A stretch of DNA of 17,739 nucleotides from Thermoproteota archaeon (GCA_049700215.1 JBNAVT010000033.1:1-17739); one strand, 5' to 3'; positions 8,491 to 17,336 are shown, numbered from the stretch's first letter. Program-made: numbers and translations. The notes: generated by a model not told the origin, from the letters alone.

Positions 8491-8498
8491 CGCGCGCG
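8490..8498. repeat. 9-bp alternating GC tract, T4
   Basis: GGG TAG CGC GCG CGA C; the tract begins at the G of the CBM9-like gene's stop codon. Confidence 0.9.
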
Positions 8499-8604
8499 AC
8501 GGTGAACCTTGCTCCACAGGCTTTATAACGGTCTTAAAAGCGCACGCGAAGAGAATAAAGACTTTTAACCAAGCGTGCCGATATAAATTGCCTGAAAGGA
8601 GTTT

Positions 8605-8859
8605 ATGCTTGAGGAGCCCAACTCCACTCGACTGTTCCCGTTAACCCTATTGTTTTCAATAATTCTTGCAGCCGCGACTGTTTTCACGCTTAGAATAATC
8701 CGTATCCCGGAGCGTCTCCAGCTTGAACTCCCATACCGGGATGTTTTAACAGGCAGGGCCTTCTGCCCGAAATGCTTCTCAACCAGTTTAGAGCCCACGG
8801 GTCATCACGCTTTCAGATGTAAAAACTGTGGCTTTGTATTCGGCTTTGGAAACCCTTGA
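8605..8859 (+). CDS. Small single-pass membrane protein with C-terminal Zn-ribbon
   Basis: 84 aa with hydrophobic LFPLTLLFSIILAAATVFTL followed by CPKC...CKNCG. TATAAAT lies upstream at about 8582-8588. Confidence 0.6.
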   Translation: MLEEPNSTRLFPLTLLFSIILAAATVFTLRIIRIPERLQLELPYRDVLTGRAFCPKCFSTSLEPTGHHAFRCKNCGFVFGFGNP

Positions 8860-8916
8860 ACACCGGCTTTTCAGAGAAAAGATAGGCTTTTTAAATTCTC
8901 AGAACAAACTAAAAAC

Positions 8917-10089
8917 ATGCTCCCTATCCCTAAAGGAAGGCGTGTTGAACCCTGTTTGAAAAACCCGCGTAGCCGTTCACCCGGGGCCACGAGTGGAACC
9001 GGCGAACTCCTGTCTAATTGTCTCCTGCTAATAATCTTGGCTTCGCTCTACACCAGTGTAGCGGGTTCTCCAGCTGTTTCACACCATACGGCTGAAGAGG
9101 ATTTCTCAAGATTCTACACGTACGACAGGTCTATTCCTCTCAACGCTTCGGAAGAATTAATCAGGGATGAGGGCGTCTGCAAAATATACAAGGTTTACTT
9201 CAATTCCGTGGACAACGAGAGGGTTCCGGCCATGATTTCAATACCCTCTGGCCCAGGTAAACACCCTTGCGTCGTTTTTCTCCACGGCTACGGTGGTTCG
9301 AAGGAAGACATTTTGTCTTTCGCGAGCCTGGTTGCAGCCGAGGGCTATGCGGTCATCGCCATAGACGCTGAGTTCCACGGTGAACGGAGGGAGGAGGGGA
9401 AAGAATTATACTCCCCGAACCTGGAGGAGTCTGTGAAAGGCATAATTCAAACAATTATCGACCTTAGGAGGGCTGTGGACTATCTTGAAACCAGGGGTGA
9501 GATTGACGTTGAGAGGATTGGGTACGTGGGCGGCAGCATGGGGGGAATCCTGGGAGCCATATTCATAGGCGTCGAGCCCAGGGTTAAGGCTGCTGCACTC
9601 CTGGTAGCGGGTGGAAACATGAGCCTGATGATAATGAGGAGCCAGCATCCAGCAATACCGGCGATCAGGAAATACTTGGAGGAGCAGGGCATTACTTACA
9701 GGGAGCTTCAAGAGAGCCTGAACCCTGTTGACCCCCTCAACTTTATAGGGAAGTTCGCGCCCAGGCCCGTGGCCTTCCATTTTGGGAAAAACGACAGGAT
9801 TGTCCCGGCTGAAGCCGGTGAGCAGCTTTACAAGGCTGCTGGAGAACCCAAGCAAGTATACTGGTATGACTCTGGCCACAACCTTCCTTTAGAGCTGGTC
9901 GTCGCAAGGATCCTGGACTTTATGGATCGAGAGTTGAAGGGAAGAGTTTTCACGTCGCATGAGGCAAGGTTCTGGGCGGTCAGATACGGTTTGCCGATGC
10001 TGGTAGCCGGGCTTGCCGCGAGTATTCTAGCTTACGCTATTGCGAGGGCTAAACACTCCAAGCGGTCTGAACCTACTGCCGTATCCTAG
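8917..10089 (+). CDS. Alpha/beta-hydrolase (esterase-like), probably exported and C-terminally membrane-anchored
   Basis: HGYGG oxyanion motif, GGSMGG nucleophile elbow, GKNDRIV (Asp) and SGH (His). N-terminal hydrophobic stretch, and C-terminal TM helix followed by a basic tail. TTTTTAAA lies upstream. The start codon is uncertain. Confidence 0.85.
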   Translation: MLPIPKGRRVEPCLKNPRSRSPGATSGTGELLSNCLLLIILASLYTSVAGSPAVSHHTAEEDFSRFYTYDRSIPLNASEELIRDEGVCKIYKVYFNSVDNERVPAMISIPSGPGKHPCVVFLHGYGGSKEDILSFASLVAAEGYAVIAIDAEFHGERREEGKELYSPNLEESVKGIIQTIIDLRRAVDYLETRGEIDVERIGYVGGSMGGILGAIFIGVEPRVKAAALLVAGGNMSLMIMRSQHPAIPAIRKYLEEQGITYRELQESLNPVDPLNFIGKFAPRPVAFHFGKNDRIVPAEAGEQLYKAAGEPKQVYWYDSGHNLPLELVVARILDFMDRELKGRVFTSHEARFWAVRYGLPMLVAGLAASILAYAIARAKHSKRSEPTAVS

Positions 10090-10141
10090 GCCGCGTTGCC
10101 ACTGAAAAATGGTTAAAAATGTTCTCAACAATTTCTCCACC

Positions 10142-10273
10142 ATGGAGGAACAGAAGAGTTTAAGGGCTAAGGCTCTTGAAGAAGGAGGTTTTAGCGCGCG
10201 CGCGCGCGCGCGTCTACAGGCATGCTACTCAGGAAAACAGAAGGAGAGCATTCCTAGAAGTAGACTATGTTAG
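10142..10273 (+). pseudogene. Probable gene remnant (MEEQKSLRAKALEEGGF...) interrupted by tract T5
   Basis: GAAAAA..TTAAAAA promoter-like sequence about 25-30 nt upstream of ATG 10142. There are 17 ordinary codons, then SARARAR from the tract, then a short tail. Confidence 0.35.
10194..10212. repeat. 19-bp alternating GC tract, T5
   Basis: TTTA-GCGCGCGCGCGCGCGCGCG-TCT. Confidence 0.95.
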
Positions 10274-10286
10274 AGTCCATTAAGCT

Positions 10287-11252
10287 TTAAACGACGAGCT
10301 CCCCGCTCTCCAATAGGTGCCCTATACACTCCCGGTAGATGTCTTCCGTAGTGTAGCGCGGCTGGTATCCGAGCAGCCGTTGGGCCTTCTCTATGCTTAC
10401 ACAGGGAGAGTGAATAACGTGGTCCCTCGTGATTGCGAACGCCTCCTCGCCTAAAACCTCCACCATTTTCTGCAGGGGAACAAACCTCAGATTCGGTTTG
10501 TTTCCGAAAAGAGAAGCCACAAACTCGCAGCAGGATAGGAGGGTCATAGCATATGGCGCTGCAACGCTGAACGATTCTCCCAAGGCTGCTTTACGGTTCA
10601 GGATCGCCAGCTCGAAAACCTGCGCTACATCGTCAGCATGCACGTGGTGAAGCATTGCTAAACCAGTATCCGGAAGGTAAACAACGTCCCCATGGGCTAA
10701 GCTCCTGTACACGCCGACTCCGTTTCTAGTTCCCTGAGGGTCTATCGGGAGCCACTCCCTTCCTGAAATATGGCCAGGATGAATCACCGTCGCCGGGAAC
10801 CCCTCCCTACTGTATTTCTCAAGGAGGTCGGCCTCAATCCTAGCCTTAAGCACACCGTACTCTGTAACCGGTTTCCTAGGGTAATTCTCCCGGTAGGGCA
10901 CTCGAGCACTCGGCCCATAGGCCCATATTGTGCCGCAGTGGATGAAGTGGCTTACGCTCTCCTTCAGGCTCTCCACAATCATCCTGTTCTGCTCAGGAGT
11001 GTAGCAGATAAGGTCTATTACAACGTCAGCGTCAACCGCAGCCATGCGTTTCCCCCATGAGCCGTTCTTCTCCTCCGTAATTCTGTCCGCGACAACCCAT
11101 TTAACCTGGCTCCACAATGCTTCAGCACCAGCCCCACCGTAACGCGGCCTAGGGTTTCTCGCCAGAACCTGAACATCATACCCGCGTAACACTAGGCGTG
11201 GCACAAGGTAGCTGCCGATGTGCCCGGTTCCACCGATTACGAGAATCTTCAT
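10287..11252 (-). CDS. NAD-dependent epimerase/dehydratase family protein (extended/atypical SDR)
   Basis: 321 aa with GGTGHIG Rossmann motif, YGVLK (YxxxK), HVHADDVA and KAQRLLGYQP. Confidence 0.88.
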   Translation of the reverse strand: MKILVIGGTGHIGSYLVPRLVLRGYDVQVLARNPRPRYGGAGAEALWSQVKWVVADRITEEKNGSWGKRMAAVDADVVIDLICYTPEQNRMIVESLKESVSHFIHCGTIWAYGPSARVPYRENYPRKPVTEYGVLKARIEADLLEKYSREGFPATVIHPGHISGREWLPIDPQGTRNGVGVYRSLAHGDVVYLPDTGLAMLHHVHADDVAQVFELAILNRKAALGESFSVAAPYAMTLLSCCEFVASLFGNKPNLRFVPLQKMVEVLGEEAFAITRDHVIHSPCVSIEKAQRLLGYQPRYTTEDIYRECIGHLLESGELVV

Positions 11253-11274
11253 CTGAGAAGAAAGGGTTTAAGCC

Positions 11275-11390
11275 TGGAGTTAAAAAGCTTTGCGAATCTA
11301 CTCCGCGCTTGTGGGAAACGATTTTGAAAAATGCATCAGCCCTGTGTGTTGAGCAAAATGCTGTTACACGTATTAAGATTTATATTACCA
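11275..11390. promoter_or_regulatory. Divergent promoters for the epimerase (-) and glpK operon (+)
   Basis: Minus-strand TTTTTAA at about 11280-11286, about 30 nt from ATG 11252. Plus-strand TTTATAT at 11379-11385, about 30 nt from ATG 11414. Confidence 0.6.
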
Positions 11391-11413
11391 TCCCAGGGTT
11401 TGCAAAGTGTTTA

Positions 11414-12991
11414 ATGAGCGAAAGAATCGTAATGAGCATTGACCAGGGCACCACCGGCTCCAGAGTCTCGCTTTACAAGCATGATGGAACACCCTACCCT
11501 AACGGCTGGTGTTACGTTGAGCATTCTCAATCCTACCCTAAACCAGGCTGGGTTGAGCACGATCCTCTCGAAATATGGATGAACGTTAAGCATTGCATCA
11601 GAAACGTGCTGGATAAGACGGGTGTTAAACCCGGGGATATAGTTGCGATAGGAGTGACCAATCAGCGTGAAACAGTCGTAGCCTGGAGCCCTAAAACAGG
11701 AACACCGGTTTCAAACGCTATCGTTTGGCAGGACCGGAGGACTGCTAAGCTGGTCGACAGTCTCCGGGAGAACTATTTTAACGAAATCGTTGAGAAAACC
11801 GGTTTGATTCCAGACAGTTATTTCTCAAGCACTAAAATATGGTGGATGCTTGAGAACACTCATGGTTTACGCGAGAAGGCTTTGAAAGGAGAAGTCGTCT
11901 TCGGAACGATAGACACATGGATAATATGGAACCTGACGAAAGGCTCTCGAGATGTTCAAACCCCTGGTTTCAACGGTGCGTTCGTAACCGATTACAGCAA
12001 TGCTTCGAGAACAATGCTCTTCAACATACGTAGGCTCGCTTGGGACGAGGACCTTGCGGAAATACAGGGAAAAATACCTGTTGAAGCCCTAGCGCTGCCA
12101 AGGCCGAGCAGTGATGAAAACATTTACGGTTGGACTGGGCCGGAGGTCTCAAGCATTTTAGGAGGAGCCAGTAAGCCGGTGACGGGTGATGCTGGAGACC
12201 AGCAGGCTGCTCTATTAGGTCAAGCAGGTTTTGAACCTCATGATGCGAAATGCACCTACGGCACGGGAAACTTCATACTCATGAATACGGGGGAGAACAT
12301 AGTCCGCTCCAAGACAGGGCTACTGGCTACAGTGCTATACAGTATTAAGCCTGGTGAAGCATTCTACGCTCTCGAGGGAAGCGTTTTCATCACGGGTGCA
12401 GCCATCCAGTGGCTGCGTGACGGTTTGAAGATGATAGAGGTTTCCGCGGAGGTGAATCCTCTTGCCGAGGCTGCTGAAGACACTGGGGGCATGTATTTCG
12501 TCCCAGCGTTCACAGGGCTTGGAGCACCCTACTGGGATCCCTATGCGAGAGGAATGGTAATAGGTTTAACCAGGGGGACGAGCAGGAAGCATATTGCCAG
12601 AGCGGTTTTAGAGTCCATTGCATACTTGACCCGTGACGTGGCTGAAGCAATGGGCAACGATACTGGCAGGAGAGTGGAGAAGCTTAAGGCAGACGGGGGC
12701 GCATCAAGGAGCGACTTCCTGCTTCAATTCCAAGCGGACATTCTCGACGCCACAGTTGTCAGGCCGCTTGTGCTGGAGACGACTAGCCTGGGGGCAGCCT
12801 ACCTAGCTGGCCTCGCCGTAGGCTTCTGGAGGAGCATAGGCGAGGTTAAAGAAAACTGGAGGATGGAGAGGGAGTTTAAACCCAGGATGAGCCCGGATAC
12901 TAGGGAGAAACTATACGGGGGTTGGAGGGCGGCTGTAAAGAGATCGCTAGGATGGGCTAGGGAAGTGCCTTGGGCCTACGGCTACGACTAG
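11414..12991 (+). CDS. glpK: Glycerol kinase
   Basis: SIDQGTTGSR, GWVEHDP, TNQRET, IVWQDRRT, TDYSNASRTML, GDQQAAL, KCTYGTG, YALEGS and AFTGLGAPYWD. The true start is ATG 11414 (525 aa), not 11198. Confidence 0.96.
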   Translation: MSERIVMSIDQGTTGSRVSLYKHDGTPYPNGWCYVEHSQSYPKPGWVEHDPLEIWMNVKHCIRNVLDKTGVKPGDIVAIGVTNQRETVVAWSPKTGTPVSNAIVWQDRRTAKLVDSLRENYFNEIVEKTGLIPDSYFSSTKIWWMLENTHGLREKALKGEVVFGTIDTWIIWNLTKGSRDVQTPGFNGAFVTDYSNASRTMLFNIRRLAWDEDLAEIQGKIPVEALALPRPSSDENIYGWTGPEVSSILGGASKPVTGDAGDQQAALLGQAGFEPHDAKCTYGTGNFILMNTGENIVRSKTGLLATVLYSIKPGEAFYALEGSVFITGAAIQWLRDGLKMIEVSAEVNPLAEAAEDTGGMYFVPAFTGLGAPYWDPYARGMVIGLTRGTSRKHIARAVLESIAYLTRDVAEAMGNDTGRRVEKLKADGGASRSDFLLQFQADILDATVVRPLVLETTSLGAAYLAGLAVGFWRSIGEVKENWRMEREFKPRMSPDTREKLYGGWRAAVKRSLGWAREVPWAYGYD

Positions 12992-13022
12992 GCAGGACCA
13001 GGACGGGGGGAGACAAACACCC

Positions 13023-14534
13023 ATGGCTGGCGGAACACGCGTCGCAATAATAGGCGCAGGCATCATAGGAGCCTCCATAGCCAGGGTTTTAAGCATGTTT
13101 GAAAACCTGCAGGTGTATGTTTTAGAGGAAAACTATGATGTCGGCGGAACCGTTAGCAGGGCTAACAGCTCAGTAATACACCCGGGTCACGAGGAGGATC
13201 CTGAAAACCAGCCTTTGCGGGCGAGGCTCTGCGTCGAGGGGAATGCTTTATGGAGGAAATGGTGCAGGGAGCTCGAGATCCCTGTTAAATGGGTCGGCGA
13301 GCTCATGCTGTTCGAGAGAAGCGAGGAGGAGAAGGAGGCTGAGAAGTATGTTGAGTGGGCCCGTAGAAACAACGTGGCGGGCGTAAGGATTGTCGGGAGG
13401 GAGGAACTGTTTGAAATGGAAAGCTCAGTAAGCAGGAGTGTTGAAGGCGGTGTTTACGCTCCCACGGCTGGCCTAATCTCCCCTTTCGAAGCCGTTGTAG
13501 CTCTAATCGAGAACGCTGTGGACAACGGTGTTAAGATTCTCACCGAGACGCGTGCCAAGAGCATCATCTCTAGAAACAATGTTGTCGCAGGCGTCGACAC
13601 AAATCGCGGGTTCATCGAGGCTGACATCGTGATCAACGCAGCCGGGTTGAACGCTGACGAAGTGTCTCACACCGCCGGGGTTGAACCATGGTTCAGAATA
13701 AGGCCGAGAAAAGGCGAGTACATAGTTTTCGACAGGGATGCTGAGCCTAAGCCGAGCCTCATATTGCACACGATGCCCACGCCCGTCACTAAAGGCGTTT
13801 ACGCTTTGACCACCGTGCATGGAAACCTGATGATAGGGCCGACTGCCGAAGACCTTCCTTACGAGTCTAAGGGGGACGCGTCCACAAGCCTGAACGGCCT
13901 AGACCACCTGGTTAAAGAGGCGGGTAGAATGCTCTGCAGAACACCACCGCGCTCGAAAATCATAAAGTTTTTCGCAGGGTTGAGACCCGAGCCCCCCGAC
14001 GGTAAATGGTTGGTGAAAACCTACTCTCAGCCCTACGGATTCGTCAACGTCGCAGGCATCAGGTCCCCGGGCTTAACGGCTGCACCCGCAATAGCCAATT
14101 ATGTTTCAAGCCTCCTTATGGAGGAATACGGGTTAAGGCTGGTTGAGAAAACAAGATGGAAACCATTAAGGAGGCGAATAACACCCGTCGACGAGATGGA
14201 TTACAACACCCTGGACAAGCATATCTCGGAGAACCCTGATTACGGCGAGATCGTGTGTTTCTGCAACAATGTTTCAAAAGCAGAGGTTTCAGAAGCCGTT
14301 GAAAGAATGCGGGTGATCGGCGTGAAGACCATCACCTTCGACGGCGTAAAGCTCAGGACGACAGCGGGCTTCGGTAAGTGTCAGGCTTCAAGATGCAGGA
14401 TACGGATAGCCCTCTTAATATCTGAGGCAACAGGGGCACCTCTTCACAGCGTCATCATGAAGAAGGCGAGCATCGGCGTCGGAGGAGTCAAGACGCTTTG
14501 GACCGAGAGCAAGGAGAGTGTGGAGAATGATTGA
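13023..14534 (+). CDS. glpA: FAD-dependent glycerol-3-phosphate dehydrogenase, GlpA-like, with C-terminal BFD-like [2Fe-2S] domain
   Basis: GAGIIG FAD motif, SRANS, INAAG, PRKGEY, FAGLRP, GIRSPGLTAAPAIA, and CFC...GKCQASRC cluster motif. Follows glpK. Confidence 0.85.
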   Translation: MAGGTRVAIIGAGIIGASIARVLSMFENLQVYVLEENYDVGGTVSRANSSVIHPGHEEDPENQPLRARLCVEGNALWRKWCRELEIPVKWVGELMLFERSEEEKEAEKYVEWARRNNVAGVRIVGREELFEMESSVSRSVEGGVYAPTAGLISPFEAVVALIENAVDNGVKILTETRAKSIISRNNVVAGVDTNRGFIEADIVINAAGLNADEVSHTAGVEPWFRIRPRKGEYIVFDRDAEPKPSLILHTMPTPVTKGVYALTTVHGNLMIGPTAEDLPYESKGDASTSLNGLDHLVKEAGRMLCRTPPRSKIIKFFAGLRPEPPDGKWLVKTYSQPYGFVNVAGIRSPGLTAAPAIANYVSSLLMEEYGLRLVEKTRWKPLRRRITPVDEMDYNTLDKHISENPDYGEIVCFCNNVSKAEVSEAVERMRVIGVKTITFDGVKLRTTAGFGKCQASRCRIRIALLISEATGAPLHSVIMKKASIGVGGVKTLWTESKESVEND

Positions 14535-15777
14535 ACAAGAGTATGACGTTATCGTCATAGGCGGCGGGCCAGCAGGGTTATCCGCAGCGACCAGAGCTGT
14601 TGAAAACGGTTTGAAAACCCTGCTCCTTGAAAACAGGGAGATGCTCGGCGGCATCCCGCTTCAATGCGTTCACACCGGCTTCGGAATACATTGCTTCAAG
14701 GAAGACTTGACCGGGGGCGAGTTCATCACAAGGCTTATAGACAGGGCGGTTAAAAACGGTGTTGAAAGCATGGTTAAAACACATGTTCTAAGGGTTCAAG
14801 TGGATTCAGCCTACGAGAAGACGGTTTACGCCGCCAGCCCTAAAGGCCTTTTGAAAACACGGGCTAAAGCCATGGTTTACGCGGTCGGCGCACGGGAGAG
14901 ACACCAGTATGAAGCCGGCTTAACAGGCGACAGACCTGACGGGGTTTACACGGCTGGCGAAGCCCAGGCTCTGATGGATATTTACGGTGTTCTACCGGGC
15001 AGGAGAATAGTTATCCTCGGATCCGGCGACGTGGGGCTCATAATGGCGAGAAGGTTTGCCCTGGAGAAGGCGGAGGTAAAGGCTGTGGTGGAGGTCCTAC
15101 CCTACCCCGGCGGCTTGACGCGGAACATCGTGCAGTGTCTAAACGACTTCAACATTCCGCTTTACCTGGGCCACATGGTTCTCGAGGTCAAGGGGAGCGG
15201 GAGGGTTGAGAAAGTGGTTGTCGCAAGGGTTGGCGGAGACATGAAGCCGGTTGAGGGCTCTGAATTCGAGCTTGAGTGTGACACCGTTATTGTTTCCGCG
15301 GGCTTAAGGCCGGATGTTGATATTCTTGAAAAAATAGGGGTTGAAACAGACCCCGCTACCGGGGGACCGGTTGTAAACGAGTATTACGAAACCAGCGTGC
15401 CACTCGTCTTCGCAGCGGGTAACGCTCTCGTCATAAACGATCTCGTGGACTACGATGTGGAGCAGGGTGAGGCTGCAGCAACATTCGCCTCCAAGCTTTT
15501 AAAAGACTATGCTACTCGAAGGTTGAAATGGAGGCGGGTTGAAAGAGGGAGGAACATAAGGCTAGTCGTACCCCAGCTCGTAAGCGGGGCTAGGGATGTC
15601 GTTTTCTACGGCAGGGTTCAGCACCCTGAGGACAATGTGCGTGTTAAGATCCGCGAGACGGGGTTTGAAAAAAGGCTTTTCAGGGTTAAGCCGGCGGAGA
15701 TGATCAGGATCAGGGTTAACGCTGAAGAACTGGCGAAGGTTCAGGGTGAGAAGCTTACCTTCGAGGTGGTTGGATGA
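14527..15777 (+). CDS. FAD/NAD(P)-dependent pyridine-nucleotide-disulphide oxidoreductase (partner of the GlpA-like dehydrogenase)
   Basis: GGGPAG, LGGIPLQCVHTGFG, GARER, GSGDVGLIMARR and VFAAGN. ATG 14527 overlaps the end of the upstream gene. Confidence 0.88.
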   Translation: MIEQEYDVIVIGGGPAGLSAATRAVENGLKTLLLENREMLGGIPLQCVHTGFGIHCFKEDLTGGEFITRLIDRAVKNGVESMVKTHVLRVQVDSAYEKTVYAASPKGLLKTRAKAMVYAVGARERHQYEAGLTGDRPDGVYTAGEAQALMDIYGVLPGRRIVILGSGDVGLIMARRFALEKAEVKAVVEVLPYPGGLTRNIVQCLNDFNIPLYLGHMVLEVKGSGRVEKVVVARVGGDMKPVEGSEFELECDTVIVSAGLRPDVDILEKIGVETDPATGGPVVNEYYETSVPLVFAAGNALVINDLVDYDVEQGEAAATFASKLLKDYATRRLKWRRVERGRNIRLVVPQLVSGARDVVFYGRVQHPEDNVRVKIRETGFEKRLFRVKPAEMIRIRVNAEELAKVQGEKLTFEVVG

Positions 15778-16157
15778 CCAGAGTCTTAGAGTACACTTGC
15801 ATAGTCTGCCCAGCGGGATGCTTGCTCAGGGTAGAGGCTGAGGAGGCTCGTGTTTTAAAGGTGGATGGTGCAGCATGCCCCAGGGGTGTTGAATACGCTA
15901 GGCAGGAGTTCTCAGACCCTAGGAGAATGGTTTTCACAGTGGTTAGGGTGAGGAACGGGGAGATGCCAACGGTCTCCGTCAAGACGAGTATGCCAATACC
16001 TAAGAACAGGGTTTTCAACCTGATGAGAATGCTTGCTTCAATAGAGCTGGAGGCCCCGGTGGAGATGGGGGAGGTTATTCTGAGGAACGCGTATGGCGCC
16101 GACGTGATCACCACAAGAAGAGTCGGCAAGAGGAGAGAGTTCAAAGAGCAGGATTAA
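15774..16157 (+). CDS. DUF1667 / molybdopterin-oxidoreductase-type Fe-S-binding small subunit
   Basis: TCIVCPAGC...GAACPRGVEYA..E...P.R motif; ATGA overlap with the upstream gene. Confidence 0.87.
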   Translation: MTRVLEYTCIVCPAGCLLRVEAEEARVLKVDGAACPRGVEYARQEFSDPRRMVFTVVRVRNGEMPTVSVKTSMPIPKNRVFNLMRMLASIELEAPVEMGEVILRNAYGADVITTRRVGKRREFKEQD

Positions 16158-16219
16158 CGAGCAGCTAGGCTGCTTAAGCAGTGAAAACCTTAATAGGGTT
16201 AAAGCCTGAAGAGTCATGC

Positions 16220-17332
16220 ATGAATCTAGACGAGGCTTTAAGCAGGATTGTTGAAGAAGCCGGGAAACTGGTTGGCAAATCCATGGTTAAAGCCTCAGAC
16301 GGGACGATTCTTTTCAGGCCGGACGGGGGTGGAAACTACAACGCGCTCTGGACAAGGGACTTCTGCTACATGCTTGAAGGCCTTCCAAACCGTTTTAAGC
16401 GTGAAGACGCTGCCAAAGCCTATTTCTTCATAGTTAACCGTCAAAGGGGGGATGGGGCTATTCCTGACAGGGTTGGAATAGATGGAGAGCCCTACTACAA
16501 CGTTTTCGGCTCAAAGCCTCCAACCGACAACCCACAGTTCGCGGTTAAAATAGCATGGGAAATATGGCGTGCCTACGGTGATGCTTCACCCTTCATCCTA
16601 ACCGCCGGCAGGCTGGAGAAAGCCTTAGGCTCGCTTCCTTTAAGCAGTGAGACTGGCTTAATCTGGATCGACCCCAGTAGCCCGCACTCGCCCTACGGCT
16701 TTACAGACTGCGTGGCTAAAACCGGCGAGGAACTCTTCTCCTCGCTACTCCTGTACGAGGCTCATGTTAAAATGGCTGAGCTATACCGGGCGACAGGAAG
16801 GCTTGAGGAGGCAGGGGTACACGAGGCTAAGGCGGCTAGAGTAAAGAGCTCGCTGGAAACACTGTGGTCCGGCGAAGGATATTTCTTCGCAGCCTCCGGA
16901 GACTGTAGGCAGCCGGACGTATGGGGGTCGGCTTACTCCGTTTGGCTGAATGCGGTTGACGGTCAGAAAGGCCTAGAGATTTCCAGATGGCTCTCAAACA
17001 GGTTCGACAGGATTGTTAAATGGGGCCAGGTTAGGCACCTGCCTGAGCCTTTCTCCTGGGAGAAAACTCTTACTGAAGTCAAGCCTGGGACATATCAAAA
17101 CGGCGCCTACTGGGGGACAGCCGCAGGATGGGTGACCTACGCAGTGTCACTCACCAACCGTCAACTGGCTGAGCGAATACTGATAGACCTTGTTGAATTC
17201 TGCGAGACCGAGGGGAAAGCGTGGGAATGCGTCAACCTGGACTACAGGAAGTGCCCAGACTACGTGGCTACTTTAGCCTGCCCGTCAGCCCTGGTTGAAA
17301 GGCTGAAGAAGAGTGGGCGTAGACACGGGTGA
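16220..17332 (+). CDS. Six-hairpin (alpha/alpha)6 glycosidase-like protein
   Basis: YNALWTRDF, PYGFTD, DVWGSAY and YQNGAYWG motifs typical of uncharacterised six-hairpin glycosidases. TTAATA at 16190-16195 favours ATG 16220 over GTG 16181. Confidence 0.65.
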   Translation: MNLDEALSRIVEEAGKLVGKSMVKASDGTILFRPDGGGNYNALWTRDFCYMLEGLPNRFKREDAAKAYFFIVNRQRGDGAIPDRVGIDGEPYYNVFGSKPPTDNPQFAVKIAWEIWRAYGDASPFILTAGRLEKALGSLPLSSETGLIWIDPSSPHSPYGFTDCVAKTGEELFSSLLLYEAHVKMAELYRATGRLEEAGVHEAKAARVKSSLETLWSGEGYFFAASGDCRQPDVWGSAYSVWLNAVDGQKGLEISRWLSNRFDRIVKWGQVRHLPEPFSWEKTLTEVKPGTYQNGAYWGTAAGWVTYAVSLTNRQLAERILIDLVEFCETEGKAWECVNLDYRKCPDYVATLACPSALVERLKKSGRRHG

Positions 17333-17336
17333 GTGA

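Noticed and set aside
693-10212. GC tracts as ordinary transcription terminators
   Set aside because: Archaeal terminators are typically oligo-T. At least one tract is mid-gene and another replaces a gene start.
11198-11413. 72-aa N-terminal extension on GlpK in the ORF track
   Set aside because: It overlaps the divergent epimerase start and both promoters. Family similarity and the TATA position indicate ATG 11414.
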